The translations under genes were made by a program, and so were the position numbers. DNA of 64,000 nt, from positions 1 through 64,000 of the forward strand of contig JAQGDQ010000792.1 in the NCBI GenBank assembly GCA_030141605.1, written 5' to 3'. Below the pieces are notes generated by a model. The model did no database searches, had not been told where the DNA came from, and worked only from the letters and a program-made list of their open reading frames with translations. Source of the DNA: Tubiluchus corallicola (taxonomy: Eukaryota > Animalia > Priapulida). This document shows positions 46,701 to 59,513 of this stretch, one piece after another. Every line of letters begins with the position of its first letter. Position 1 is the first letter of the stretch.

Positions 46701-49700
46701 TGATGATCTGAGGTAAAATAAATAGGCAGACAGTTAAAGCAAACTAGACCCAATTTTAAACTGTAGGTCAAGATAATCTAGTCTTTAAAATATTGAAAGG
46801 TGTCAAATATTCGGCGTCGTTAAAATGAAGCGTCGTTAAACCGGGAGTCGTTAAGCGAGGACTTACTGTACATGCTATTCTGATAAATGCCATGGTGTTC
46901 AACTTACGCTTTCTGTGTTCCAGTTCAATGTTATGCGCATCATCACTGCACTCTATGTCACTTGCTAGTTCCAGTAATGCAATATCATTTGCTAGAGAAA
47001 TGTCGTCATATTCTTCATGAACATGTGCAACAGAAACCTGTAACATTTCTTTATTATTCGGCTTAATATTCTGGCAAATCTTTACTTCTGAAGAGAAATA
47101 AAATATTCTACATAGTTGGTTAATAAAAACTTACAATGCTAAAGGCAAATGCGTCAGTCCAATCTAACCATGGCCTATTTCAAGGGGGGGGAGTGGGGAT
47201 ACTTTCCCGGGGCCTCGCGCCGTGGTAACATTATTTTTTCTTTATGAAAATATACAGTATAACTCCATATTTTCTCTTCGAAAATGCTTCTCCGGCGTTC
47301 TAGCAGTTCAAAAATTTGTCCCCCCCCGAGGAGGCCTGACACACCCCACTTCGCCGGGCCTCGCTTAGGCTGAAATAGGCTCTGGCTGTAACCCGAAAAG
47401 AGTATAAACAAAATTAAATTTTACGACGTATGGAAATTAAACATATTTACAACTATTTACAAAAATTAAAAATTATGATTTATTTAATTAATATAGCTGC
47501 GGATATATGAAATTCTGATGATAAAGTTTACACTCCTACAACTTTGTAATTATTTTCAATGTTGTATTATTTCCGTTCAGTCAAAAATTCTAGTTCTACC
47601 AACGGAACGACTTTATTTTTAAAAACTTTGTGTAATTATGTAAAAAAGTATGTAAGATTGATGAAACAAGAAAACTTACCATAATATAAATCTGTTACCA
47701 CCCTAAAACACTTGCAAGACCTGAAAATTTTGCAGACTAGACATAGAGCAATACAGCCCGTAGGAAAAGTTCAATGAAAGCAAACAATCGAAATCATTTT
47801 GAGGTGAACGGAGCTGCTAAATTTCTGAAAAAAAATCTAACCTCGATGCCCGGAGTTTCTGCTTTCCATATTTCATCATAGTCGTAAATAATGCTTCCAT
47901 AGATGATTCTAACATCATAACCATACATCGTTTTTAAACTGCAAATACAAAAAGTACTTATGAGCAAGGTTAGAGCTATGAAGAGCGAAGGCTATAATTC
48001 ACTTATCAAACTCCACATAATGACAAAGCCCAAATGCTAAGCTGATTGTATTAACAATAAGTAAGGACATAACATGCATGGTATGTAGAAAAGTTTCCCT
48101 CATAAGTACAGTTAGAGTAATGTAATGATGTAATGCACAGAGTGAAGATATCTACATTGCCCACGCCTTGCAGAGTTGGCCTTATGTACTTGGTTGCCAA
48201 GAGCACAGGTTGCCAGGACGACGGTTGCTAGGAAGTGCGTTTTTCGAGATCATTACTGGTGGCTAGACAACGAGTTTCTTAGTAACGGGTCGCCTAGGTG
48301 ACGGGTAGGAAATTCACTCAACTGTTGGCCAATGAAATTTTTCTGCTTGTTGCCATGGTAACGACTTATTAAGTGGCTAGGTAAGTTGTTGTTTATCTGT
48401 TGCTTACCTCACCGACCATGTACAGTTACTATATACAATGATTTTTGTAAACATAATTCATTCACTTATAATATCATATTCACTAGGGTGTTTAATAAAA
48501 AGTACTTGTAATATTGTCTAATATAATACAATTTAATATTATATAATATAACACAATATACTGTAATGTAATGAATGAAATATAATATAATATAATGTAA
48601 TGTAATGTAATGTAATGTAATGTAATGTAATGTAATGTATTGTGATATGATGTGATGTGATGTGATGCGACGTGATGTGATGTGATGTGATGTGATGTGA
48701 CGTGATATGATATGATGTGATGTGATATGATGTGATATGATGTGATGAGATATGATATGATATGATATGATGTGACGTGATATGATATGATGTGATGTGA
48801 TATGATGTGATATGATGTGATGAGATATGATATGATATGATATAACATAATACAACACAATACAACACAACACAACACAATACAATACAATACAATACAA
48901 TACAATACAATACAATACAATACAATACAATACAATACAATACAATACAATACAATACAATACAATACAATACAATACAATACAATACAATACAATACAA
49001 TACAATACAATACAATACAATACAATACAATACAATACAATACAATACAATACAATACAATACAATACAATACAATACAATACAATACAATACAATACAA
49101 TACAATACAATACAATACAATACAATACAATACAATACAATACAATACAATACAATACAATACAATACAATACAATACAATACAATACAATACAATACAA
49201 TACAATACAATACAATACAATACAATACAATACAATACAATACAATACAATACAATACAATACAATACAATACAATACAATACAATACAATACAATACAA
49301 TACAATACAATACAATACAATACAATACAATACAATACAATACAATACAATACAATACAATACAATACAACACAACACAACACAACACAATACAATATAA
49401 TACAATGTAATGTAATGTAACGTAACGTAATGTAGTAAAATATAACGTAATGTAATACAGTACAATACAATCAATGCAATGCAACGCAACGCAACACAAC
49501 ACAACACAACATAACATAACATTACATTACCTAATACTACAACCCGCGAGTTTAATTATTCTATGGATTCATTTCCTCAACAAGTTAACCATCTAATAAA
49601 CCCCTTTTCATTAGTCATACTAACGTAACAAGATATGGGATTCATTCACGAAAAAATGCAAAACTAATTTAAATCTGTTAATATACTAAGAGCTAAAACG

Positions 49701-52700
49701 TTTTTAATGATAAAATTAATTTTGTCTTATCTAGTTACGTTAGCACGAAAATGTTTGTCAGAAAATGTAACTAAAAGTGGTGTGAAATCATATAGTTTAA
49801 TATTCATTAATTTATTTGGCTTACAAATAATCTTTTCATAGTAACAATTTAGTTTTAGTTTTTTGATAATAATTTTTTACTTACACAGCACAATGTGCTG
49901 CAGTCAGGATCCAACGTTTGTAGATTATCGAGCCTCCGCAAAAGGGACGCCAGCCACAATCTCCCTCGTCACTACAAGCGTACGCTAATAGCACAACCTA
50001 AAATGTCGGTAAACAACCAATTATAGCAGTTCAGTTAAAGGACAAGAGAAAGTAGGTTTCCGAAAAATCAGTAAAATTCTTAAAAAATTATGCTACTTTA
50101 CAGCAATTCGCGTTAAAAGGAATTTTTGTTTGTTTTCATTTTAAATCCACCGCAGTACTGTTACGACGGCGCCATTACATGACGTCACTATATATATATA
50201 TAATAATCTTTATTTGCCATTAAAATACATTGATAATCACTGATAAAAACTTTACAGAGATGATCAATCAGTGTTAGTTAATAAAAACTTACACTGCTAA
50301 AGGCAAATGCGTCAGTGCAATCTAAACTACTGTGCAGTAATGGAAAGTAACGACGAATAAAATCAAACATATTGACAACTATGCACAAAAAAATGAAAAA
50401 AACTATGATTTAATTAATATGGCCGTGGATATATGAATTCTGAATTAGTGTGTATGTTGTCGTACTGGTGTGACGGTATTTCATATCTGGTTAATATTAG
50501 TGATTTTAATTTTGTTTTAAATGCTGATAGGGACTTGATTTGTTTAACCTGTAATGGTAGAGAATTCCAAAGTAGAATTGCTTGTTTGATTACAGAGTTC
50601 GTTCCGTAGTGGGTATTTGTCCTAATTTGTTTTAGATTGCTATGCCACATAAATCAGGGGAAGAAAAAGGAATGTTAAATTATGACCCAAAAAATGTTAA
50701 ATTATGACCCAAAAAACTTTCCATGCAAATCTATTACTTAGCATTTCGTTTACCTGCTGGAAGGATTTATGTAACTAGAAAAGAAAATTTTTAATTACTT
50801 AAAATGCTTTCACTAATTGGTAAAATGTCGCTGACTCACCCTCCAGGGTGCGCCACTCGCTAGCCAAAAACGCATTTTCAATCTTTTTGACAAGATACAG
50901 TAATTGAAAACTTTACTTAATTAGCAACATGTATGCAACGAATGCTCTGATTATTTTTTCAAATTTAACTTAATGTCATCAAAACTTGTTTCAAACGACC
51001 TACCATTAAAATGGCTGCGCCTAACGGTCATCGCGGGAGTTCAAATTTATACGTTTTATACAGCGTTACTGCCGATGCAAGCCATGCATACGAAAGGGTA
51101 GAATGTAAGTGGTATAAAATTTCGAGATGAATTTTTTAAGCTTTATGTAAGAGGAGGGTTTTCTTGTACTTTAAAGGAAGACAGGATACAGTAAATTATG
51201 AACTAATTATGTATTTAACAGAAGCCAAATAGGTAATGAATAAGCAGACCTGTAGAAAAGAAACTGATACAGTAAATTATGCACTAATTATGTATTTAAC
51301 AGAAGCCAAATAGGTAATGATTAAGCAGACCTGTAGAAAAGAAATTGATACAGTAAATTGTGCACTAATTATGTATTTAACAGAAGCCAAATAGGTAATG
51401 ATTAAGCAGACTAGTAGAAAAGAAATTGATACAGTCAATTATACAGTAATTAAGAAAAGCTAAATAGGTAATGATTAAGCAGACCTGTAGAAAAGAAATT
51501 GATACAGTCAATTATGCACTAATTATGTATTTAACAGAAGCCAAATAGGTAATGAATTAGCAGACTAGTAGAAAAGAAACTGATACAGTAAATTATGCAC
51601 TAATTATGTATTTAACAGAAGCCAGATAGGAAATGAATAAGAAGACCTGTAGAAAAGAAACTGATACAGTAAATTATGCACTAATTATGTATTTAAGAAA
51701 AGCTAAATAGGTAATGATTAAGCAGACCTGTAGAAAAGAAATTGATACAGTCAATTATGCACTAATTATGTATTTAACAGAAGCCAATTAGGTAATGATT
51801 AAGCAGACCTGTAGAAAAGAAACTGATACAGTAAATTATGCACTAATTATGTATTTAAGAAAAGCTAAATAGGTAATGATTAAGCAGACCTGAAGAAAAG
51901 AAATTGATACAGTAAATTATGCACTAATTATGTATTTAACAGAAGCCAATTAGGTAATGATTAAGCAGACCTGTAGAAAAGAAACTGATACAGTAAATTA
52001 TGCACTAATTATGTATTTAAGAAAAGCTAAATAGGTAATGATTAAGCAGACCTGAAGAAAAGAAATTGATACAGTAAATTATGCACTAATTATGTATTTA
52101 AAAAAAGCCAAATAGATAATGATTAAGCAGACCAGTAGAAAAGAAATTGATACAGTAAATTATGCACTAATTATGTATTTAACAGAAGCCAAATAGGTAA
52201 TGAATAAGCAGACCAGTAGAAAAGAAATTGATACAGTAAATTATGCACTAATTATGTATTTAACAGAAGCCAAATAGGTAATGAATAAGCAGACCTGTAG
52301 AAAAGAAATTGATACAGTAAATTATGCACTAATTATGTATTTAAGAAAAGCTAAATAGGTAATGATTAAGCAGACCTGTAGAAAAGAAATTGATACAGTC
52401 AATTATGCACTAATTATGTATTTAACAGAAGCCAATTAGGTAATGATTAAGCAGACCTGTAGAAAAGAAACTGATACAGTAAATTATGCACTAATTATGT
52501 ATTTAAGAAAAGCTAAATAGGTAATGATTAAGCAGACCTGAAGAAAAGAAATTGATACAGTAAATTATGCACTAATTATGTATTTAACAGAAGCCAAATA
52601 GGTAATGATTAAGCAGACCAGTAGAAAAGAAACTGATACAGTAAATTATGCACTAATTATGTATTTAACAGAAGCCAAATAGGTAATGAATAAGCAGACC

Positions 52701-54678
52701 TGTAGAAAAGAAATTGATACAGTAAATTATGCACTAATTATGTATTTAACAGAAGCCAAATACGTAATGACTAAGCAGACCTGTAGAAAAGAAATTGATA
52801 CAGTAAATTATGCACTAATTATGTATTTAACAGAAGCCAAATAGGTAATGACTAAGCAGACCTGTAGAAAAGAAATTGATACAGTAAATTATGCACTAAT
52901 TATGTATTTAACAAAAGCTAAATAGGTAATGATTAAGCAGACCTGTAGAAAAGAAATTGATACAGTCAATTATGCACTAATTATGTATTTAACAGAAGCC
53001 AATTAGGTAATGATTAAGCAGACCTGTAGAAAAGAAACTGATACAGTAAATTATGCACTAATTATGTATTTAAGAAAAGCTAAATAGGTAATGATTAAGC
53101 AGACCTGTAGAAAAGAAATTGATACAGTCAATTATGCACTAATTATGTATTTAACAGAAGCCAAATAGGTAATGAATTAGCAGACTAGTAGAAAAGAAAC
53201 TGATACAGTAAATTATGCACTAATTATGTATTTAACAGAAGCCAGATAGGAAATGAATAAGAAGACCTGTAGAAAAGAAACTGATACAGTAAATTATGCA
53301 CTAATTATGTATTTAAGAAAAGCTAAATAGGTAATGATTAAGCAGACCTGTAGAAAAGAAATTGATACAGTAACTTAAACACTAATTATGCATTTACAAA
53401 AGTTTTTAATAAAGTTGTGTTGTTTTAACTATAAATTTTTTTGTGTATCAAAAAAGTACAAAGTAGTTTTGAAGTACAAAAAATATTTTTCTTTACCGCT
53501 TGTGGAAATTGTTGAGGGTCAGCTGCATCTCCCCCGACAATGAAATTACTTGTGTCGCTTCTCTTGAGTCTTCTGCCACCCCCGTCTAAGGCGAAACTTG
53601 TGTCACGTCTTACTCCTCCTCCATACCAGGGAAATCTTTCGTTAGCTGTAAAATCAATAGTTTTATACTCGTTGGCAACACGTGTTGCAAAGATGAATTC
53701 TTTTTTGTTCCTATTTGTGGAGTTAAAGAGCATTGCTGAGCCCACAGTGCAGTAACGTGTCATGTTTGTGTCAAAACTTTAATCACCTTCTGTTCTGTAG
53801 ATGTAGGACAGATATTTTATTACATTTAAGACTTACTGCACAAATTTTCTTTCTTTTGTTTTTTGGTTTTTTGTTTTGCATTCATTATTTAACTACATTT
53901 TCGTTCATTTGCTGCATTTTAGTTCACTCGCTGCATTTATGATTTAACCAGATTGCTTGCTTTTTTGTTGTTGCATTCATGACTTGTTCAGTTGTTGTTT
54001 TAATATTTAACTGCATTATTTGCTTGCTTTTTTCCATTGGTATAATTATAATATAACTGCTTTGCATTTTGTTTATTTGCTACACTTAAGACCTAACCAC
54101 GTATTTATTCACTTAACCATGTGATCTGCATGCTTTATAATATTTCTAAGTTATATAGGGGTGGCTGACTCGATGACCTCCTGGTCTTTCGCCACCCCAT
54201 CTCTACACACTTTACATAATTTGTTGTATTTGCGCTATAAATATCATATTAGAGATAAATAAACCTTTGAATTGAATTGAATTGAATTATTAATGAAACA
54301 GGATTCATAAAACCAGTAGAATTTGATAATACAAAATATATTTTGTGCCATTCAATTTTTATCAATCAAATTGTACATTTCATCTGGGCGTTGTTTCACA
54401 TTGTTGCGTGGCTATTGTTTACTATTATTGGTTAGTGAGGCCTGGTGAGTTGATTTATTGTGCTGTACTAAATCTTGCAATGCTCAAAAACAAACTGATA
54501 GCTGATCATATGGTCAAACAACTGATTCATTTTCACCAAATAGATCGTTCGGACTGTAAAGCTGTCTTATTATCTCTTTTATACAATTTTATTACTTCAA
54601 TTACTTCAATTACTTACCAGTAACGGTTGCAGTAAGTGTTAACAGAAATACTGCGATGATGTTACACTCTTGGTGCAT
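43703..54678 (-). CDS. Secreted S1A serine protease with predicted chymotrypsin-like specificity; 315 aa
   Basis: Exons (minus): 54678-54618 (signal peptide [20 protein letters not shown]), 53645-53497 (NF|IVGG), 49997-49885 (FCGGSII...WILTAAHC), 47938-47842, 47037-46908 (NDIALL), 46129-46054, 45304-45175, 43894-43703 (GDSGG, GVVSWG, PGVYTDV). All GT-AG, phases 1,0,2,0,1,2,0, total 948 nt; His/Asp/Ser triad intact. Confidence 0.92.
44415..45148. repeat. 41-bp minisatellite, ~18 copies
   Basis: tcaagtaaaataagaaaatcggtatgggttcggtatcactt; ends ~25 nt from the donor at 45174. Confidence 0.93.
47169..47384. mobile_element. Short GC-rich MITE-like insertion
   Basis: Inverted termini gcctatttca...tgaaataggc; interrupts sequence that is also found at ~50280-50325. 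Confidence 0.55.
48575..49530. repeat. Pentamer microsatellite block (TGTAA/TGATA/TACAA)n
   Basis: About 100 perfect TACAA units with flanking variant pentamers. Confidence 0.96.
50039..51170 (-). mobile_element. Inverted copy of the TTAA MITE carrying a nested LINE 3' fragment (~50200-50660)
   Basis: ttaa|AGGACAAGA...TCTTGTACT|ttaa. The nested minus-strand [40 protein letters not shown] is a CR1/L2-group C-terminus. Confidence 0.75.
51186..53397. repeat. 81-bp satellite, ~27 copies, related to the Penelope-like 3' region at 15140
   Basis: gatacagtaaattatgcactaattatgtatttaacagaagccaaataggtaatgattaagcagacctgtagaaaagaaatt; lies in protease intron 2. Confidence 0.93.
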
Positions 54679-55235
54679 AATTGCAATGTTCACGTATGTA
54701 TACTTGTCCTTTGAGTAAATTCATGTAGAATTTTTGCATAAACCAGGCTCGCTTGGTCCTCTTAAATAGTGCTTCCATTTTGCTTGACATTTGTGATTCA
54801 TTTCAACCGGATCTCTAAAAAATGTAAGTGAGATCATGACAATATTTGTACAAGATGTAGGTATTGTTCTCCTTTTACAGGTGTGCCAATTTTGCCAAAT
54901 AAAACGAAAATTTGATCGTCTTTCAATCGTGATAGCCATTACTTTCTCTTCGTTGCACTTTGATGAGTCACCAACCGCGTCGAGAACATCGCTAGTATGG
55001 CGGCTCTCGAGTAAAAGTGTTTATTCAAGGTTGCATGGATCCACCCTTGAAAACATGTTTCATGGTATACATTTAACTCTGTGTAAACTAGTTTTGGATT
55101 CATTCTCAAATAGCCGTGTTATCACTTGTATATAGGCTTCCTTCTCAGAAGGTATATATAGTTGTAATCGTGCCAAAAATTTTCCTATTATTATTATTGT
55201 TATTATTATTACTATTATTATTATTATTATTGTTA

Positions 55236-55303
<68 letters not shown>

Positions 55304-55321
55304 ATTATTATTATTAATATT

Positions 55322-55682
55322 AGCATTTAGTTCTATTTTTCACTGCCTAAAACGTAACATTTAGCTCTATTTTTCTCTGCCTAAAACGTAACATTTACCC
55401 CTATTTTTCTCTACATAAAACGTAGCATTTAGCTCTATTTTTTCTCTGCCTAAAACGTAGCATTTAGCTCTATTTTTTCTCTGCCTAAAACGTAGCATTT
55501 AGCTCAATTTTTCTCTACCTAAAACGTAGCATTTAGCTCAATTTTTCTCTGCCTAAAGCGTAACATTTAGCTCTATTTTTCACTGCCTAAAACGTAGCAT
55601 TTAGCCCTATTTTTCTCTACCTAAAACGTAACATTTAGCTCTATTTTTCTCTACCTAAAACGTAACATTTAGCTCAATTTTA
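55322..55682. repeat. ~34-bp minisatellite, ~10 copies
   Basis: catttagctctatttttctctgcctaaaacgtag repeated in tandem. Confidence 0.9.
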
Positions 55683-56277
55683 GACAAATACGTACTGTAG
55701 ACTAGACTCCCGAAGTTTGAATTACCCAACTGTACGGCTCTTTTATTTGCTTCTTCCGTGAATTCGTTTAACTAAATCTTGTAGCATTTTGTTCATTTGT
55801 GCTCTCTCATAGGAAACAGATTACTGGTAAATATAACACGCAGGGTTCTGCATAGATTTCAAGCAGTAGTGACTTGAAATACTTTCACACTTAACACAGC
55901 ACAACTGCTTTATGTGGTAAGACATTATAAATATATTTTACAAAACACTAAAAAAAACTTTTTAAGATTTAAAACTGATTTAAATATAAAACAAAACAAA
56001 CGAACACTATATCAAAATAGATTATTTATTTTTGATTACATATCATTTTTCTTATCATTTATATCATTTATATAATATAAATATTATATTTATATCATCA
56101 CAATGTTTCCACTGCACATTTACCATATTATTAGCTGAAGATGGTTCCTACTGTGCAGTGGAATTTTTCATTGATTTTTAAAGAAAAATTGATATGAAAT
56201 TCCCTGATATAGTTGAAAATTCATCAAACTAATAAATTGCCTGTAAATTTATTAAAAGTTTGAATTTTTAAAAGAAA

Positions 56278-56995
56278 CTGAGCAGTAGCCTTACGTTTGA
56301 CTTGATTTCACCAAAAATATCCGGTATATGTTTGGACAGTTGGTCATACATTACAGAGATGAGTAGTAGGCCTACATTTGACTTGATTTCACCAAAAATG
56401 TCCGGTATATGTTTGGACAGTTGGTCATACATTACAGAGATGAGTAGTAGGCCTACATTTGACTTGATTTCACCAAAAATATCCAGTATATTTTTGGACA
56501 CTTGGGTCATATATTAAGAACTGAGTAGTAGGCCTACATTTGACTTGATTTCACCAAAAAGATCGGTATATGTTTGGACAGTTGGTCATACATTACAGAG
56601 ATGAGTAGTAGGCCTACATTTGACTTGATTTCACCAAATATATCCGGTATATTTTTGGACAATTGGTCATACGTTACAGAGATGAGAAGTAGGCCTACAT
56701 TTGACTTGATTTCACCAAAAATATCCGGTATATGTTTGGACAGTTGGTCATACATTACAGAGATGAGTAGTAGGCCTACATTTGATTTGATTTCACCAAA
56801 TATATCCGGTATATTTTTGGACAATTGGTCATACGTTACAGAGATGAGTAGTAGGCCTACATTTGACTTGATTTCACCAAAAATATCCGGTATATGTTTG
56901 GACAGTTGGTCATACATTACAGAGATGAGTAGTAGGCCTACATTTGACTTGATTTCACCAAAAATATCCGGTATATTTTTTGGACACTTGGTCCA
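56278..56995. repeat. 81-bp minisatellite, ~9 copies (unrelated to the 51-53 kb monomer)
   Basis: agtagtaggcctacatttgacttgatttcaccaaaaatatccggtatatgtttggacagttggtcatacattacagagatg. Confidence 0.92.
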
Positions 56996-57166
56996 CAAGT
57001 TACAGCATATTATGTTCCTTCAACCACCTTGTTCACAAGTTCTAAAAAGACTTTTCCAGTGTGCATACTACTACTCGCAATCCCTCTACCAATTATTCCA
57101 CTAGACCATCACATATAGCACCTAAAATTTTAAATACAACCATTGAAATCCGTAGCACGAGTCACT

Positions 57167-58657
57167 TTAACCTCGGTATCCATTATACCCTGTACCTGGA
57201 GGAGCTCTTGAACCAAACGAACTTGGACTTGAGCTGCCAGGGACGTTATGGTACAAAGACTGCTGAATACCCATCTGGTCAGCTATGCCACTATCAATGC
57301 GAGCAAGAGAATCGTGGACCACACTGTCGTCCGGTAGAGGGCGCGCAGGCTGTGACCGAGGTTGATTGGTTGGAGGAAGGTTGAAGTTGCTGCCGTGCTT
57401 ATAGCCATTAGCTCCGTAAACCTGGGGTTTAGGGCCTTTAAAGGACACGTCATATCCACTGGGACTTGCCTGATGGGACACGCCGGTGCCAGGGACATAT
57501 ACGCTGTCGTAGTATCGGTCGTTGGGCGTTCTCTGCCCGTAGTGGTCATTAACGCCCTCTTGGAATGTGTACTGCGGTTCCCTTGATGCCTGTCCATTGG
57601 GCCGCCGAAGTGGTGCCCTAACTCTGTAATCTAAAGGTCGCTGTGCATTCTGACCACTGTAATTATTTTGATGTTGCCGTTGTCCCTGGTATTTATTCTG
57701 GTTCTGGTAATTATTCTGGTTCTGGTAATTATCCTGGTTCTGGTAATTATTCTGGTTCTTGTAATTATCCTGGTTCTGGTAATTTTCCTGGTTCTGGTAA
57801 TTATCCTGGTTCTGGTAATTATTCTGGTTCTGATAATTATTCTGACCTTGATAATTATTCTGACCTTGATAATTATTCTGATCCTGGTAACTATTCTGAC
57901 GCTGACGTTGATTCTGAGGCCTGTTCACTCTATTGTTATTAATTCGCTCAGTGTTGCTGCTTTGGAAAAACTGCTGATGTTGAATGTTTCCCTTGCTACT
58001 ACTCTCCTCTCGTCGGACATTGTAACCATCGGGTCCAATCCTTTCTTCTCTGATCGGTTTAGGTTGATCAGAGAAGAACTGCTGTGTGTTGTACCCACCT
58101 TCCACTGAACTAGATGTGTATTCTGGACCTTCTTGAAACTGACGCCGTACGAACTCTGACGGTTCTGAGTTTTTACGATTCTTCAACGGACGTCTCCTGT
58201 TCTTTCTTCTGTTACGTCTTTGGATGTGCTCGTTCTCCAAAAATGTCTCCACGTTCGTCTTTTTCAACCCGTAACGCAGAGGAAACTGTGAGTTGTCGTC
58301 ACGATTCTTTGTCCTTAAGCCTATATTTAAGGAAGCGGCGTTGTCGTTCTCACCTGTTAAATCCTGGAGTTGTTCTTTCGGTAAGTATTTCTTAAGGACC
58401 TTCTTCTGGGCAAGTTGACGATTGTCCTTTTCTGGCCCTTCACTCAGCTTCATCATCTCTTCAATGCGGGCAAGAGCGCGGTAGACGTCCACGCCTTTGA
58501 ATCGTCCCGAAACTTTTGCAGGCTCTGCAGACACTTTCGCAGGAGTTTTGGGACCAAGCAGGTGCTCTTGATATGGCGATTCCACACCAGGCTGACCACG
58601 TATCCCGGGAACGGGAATGCCTTGACCGTTAACTTTTCCCCTTTTTCCACCGCGAGG
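57167..58657 (-). CDS. Large terminal exon of an uncharacterised low-complexity Q/N/Y/G/R-rich protein with QNNYQx repeats
   Basis: 496 open codons of mostly non-repetitive, GC-elevated sequence starting at the acceptor ttttcag|CCT (phase 0) and ending at TAA. No recognisable globular domain. Confidence 0.8.
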   Translation of the reverse strand, partial: PRGGKRGKVNGQGIPVPGIRGQPGVESPYQEHLLGPKTPAKVSAEPAKVSGRFKGVDVYRALARIEEMMKLSEGPEKDNRQLAQKKVLKKYLPKEQLQDLTGENDNAASLNIGLRTKNRDDNSQFPLRYGLKKTNVETFLENEHIQRRNRRKNRRRPLKNRKNSEPSEFVRRQFQEGPEYTSSSVEGGYNTQQFFSDQPKPIREERIGPDGYNVRREESSSKGNIQHQQFFQSSNTERINNNRVNRPQNQRQRQNSYQDQNNYQGQNNYQGQNNYQNQNNYQNQDNYQNQENYQNQDNYKNQNNYQNQDNYQNQNNYQNQNKYQGQRQHQNNYSGQNAQRPLDYRVRAPLRRPNGQASREPQYTFQEGVNDHYGQRTPNDRYYDSVYVPGTGVSHQASPSGYDVSFKGPKPQVYGANGYKHGSNFNLPPTNQPRSQPARPLPDDSVVHDSLARIDSGIADQMGIQQSLYHNVPGSSSPSSFGSRAPPGTGYNGYRG

Positions 58658-59373
58658 CTGAAAATATTCATAAAACATTATATTTTTTATGTAAGCTAAG
58701 CTGTCTTGAAACTTGCTGTTAAATTGTTGGCAATTAAACGAGGGTGTTGAGACCCTATGAATCTCCTATAATAGAAAATAAATTGCTAGTAGATTTACAA
58801 ACTTTTAGTCATGAAAAAAGTATTGAAAACAAAAAAACGGTGTTCACATTCACGTGTTTCCTGTTGCTGTCAAAAAACGACAGACTCGCCAGACTTAAGA
58901 TTTCTCACAAATCATTAAAAATGGATACTTCATGGAGACGTCTAGGAAATCCTGTATAGAAAAAAAAGTACGGAAACTTTTTTCAAAAGAAATATTAAAT
59001 CGTGTCAAAAAACTCCTAGTAGACAAATCTTAACTTACTAGACTGTAACAATTAAATTATTATTATTGTTGTTGTTGTTGTTGTTGGTTTTGGTGGTGAT
59101 GTTGTTGTTGTTGTTGTTCTTGTTGGTGATGTTGTTGTTGTTGTTGTTGTTGGTGATGTTGTTCTTGTTGTTGCTGGTGATGTTGTTCTTGTTGTTGTTC
59201 TCGTTGTTGTTGTCGTTGTCATTGTCGTTGTCGTCGTCGTCGTCGTCGTCGTCATCATCATCATCATTATTATTATTATTATTATTATCATCATCATCAT
59301 TGTCATTGTCATTGTCATTGTCATTGTCATTATCATTATCATTATCATTATCATTATCATTATCATTATCATT

Positions 59374-59412
<39 letters not shown>

Positions 59413-59478
59413 TTCATCACTATCACTATCACTATCACTACTACTACTACTACCACTACCACTACCATTATCATTACC

Positions 59479-59513
<35 letters not shown>

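Noticed and set aside
47038-47720. Alternative protease exon 47720-47680 and upstream acceptor at 47087
   Set aside because: Phases do not join the phase-0 donor at 47842. The acceptor at 47037 gives the expected spacing between the catalytic His and Asp.
57167-58678. Q/N/Y-rich ORF as the N-terminal part of the serine protease
   Set aside because: It ends in a stop codon, and the protease has its own signal-peptide exon at 54678-54618.
58895-58951. Possible small exon (DFLDVSMKYPFLMICEKS) upstream of the Q/N/Y exon
   Set aside because: Good acceptor, but no donor gives the phase 0 needed at 58657; cannot be supported without cDNA.
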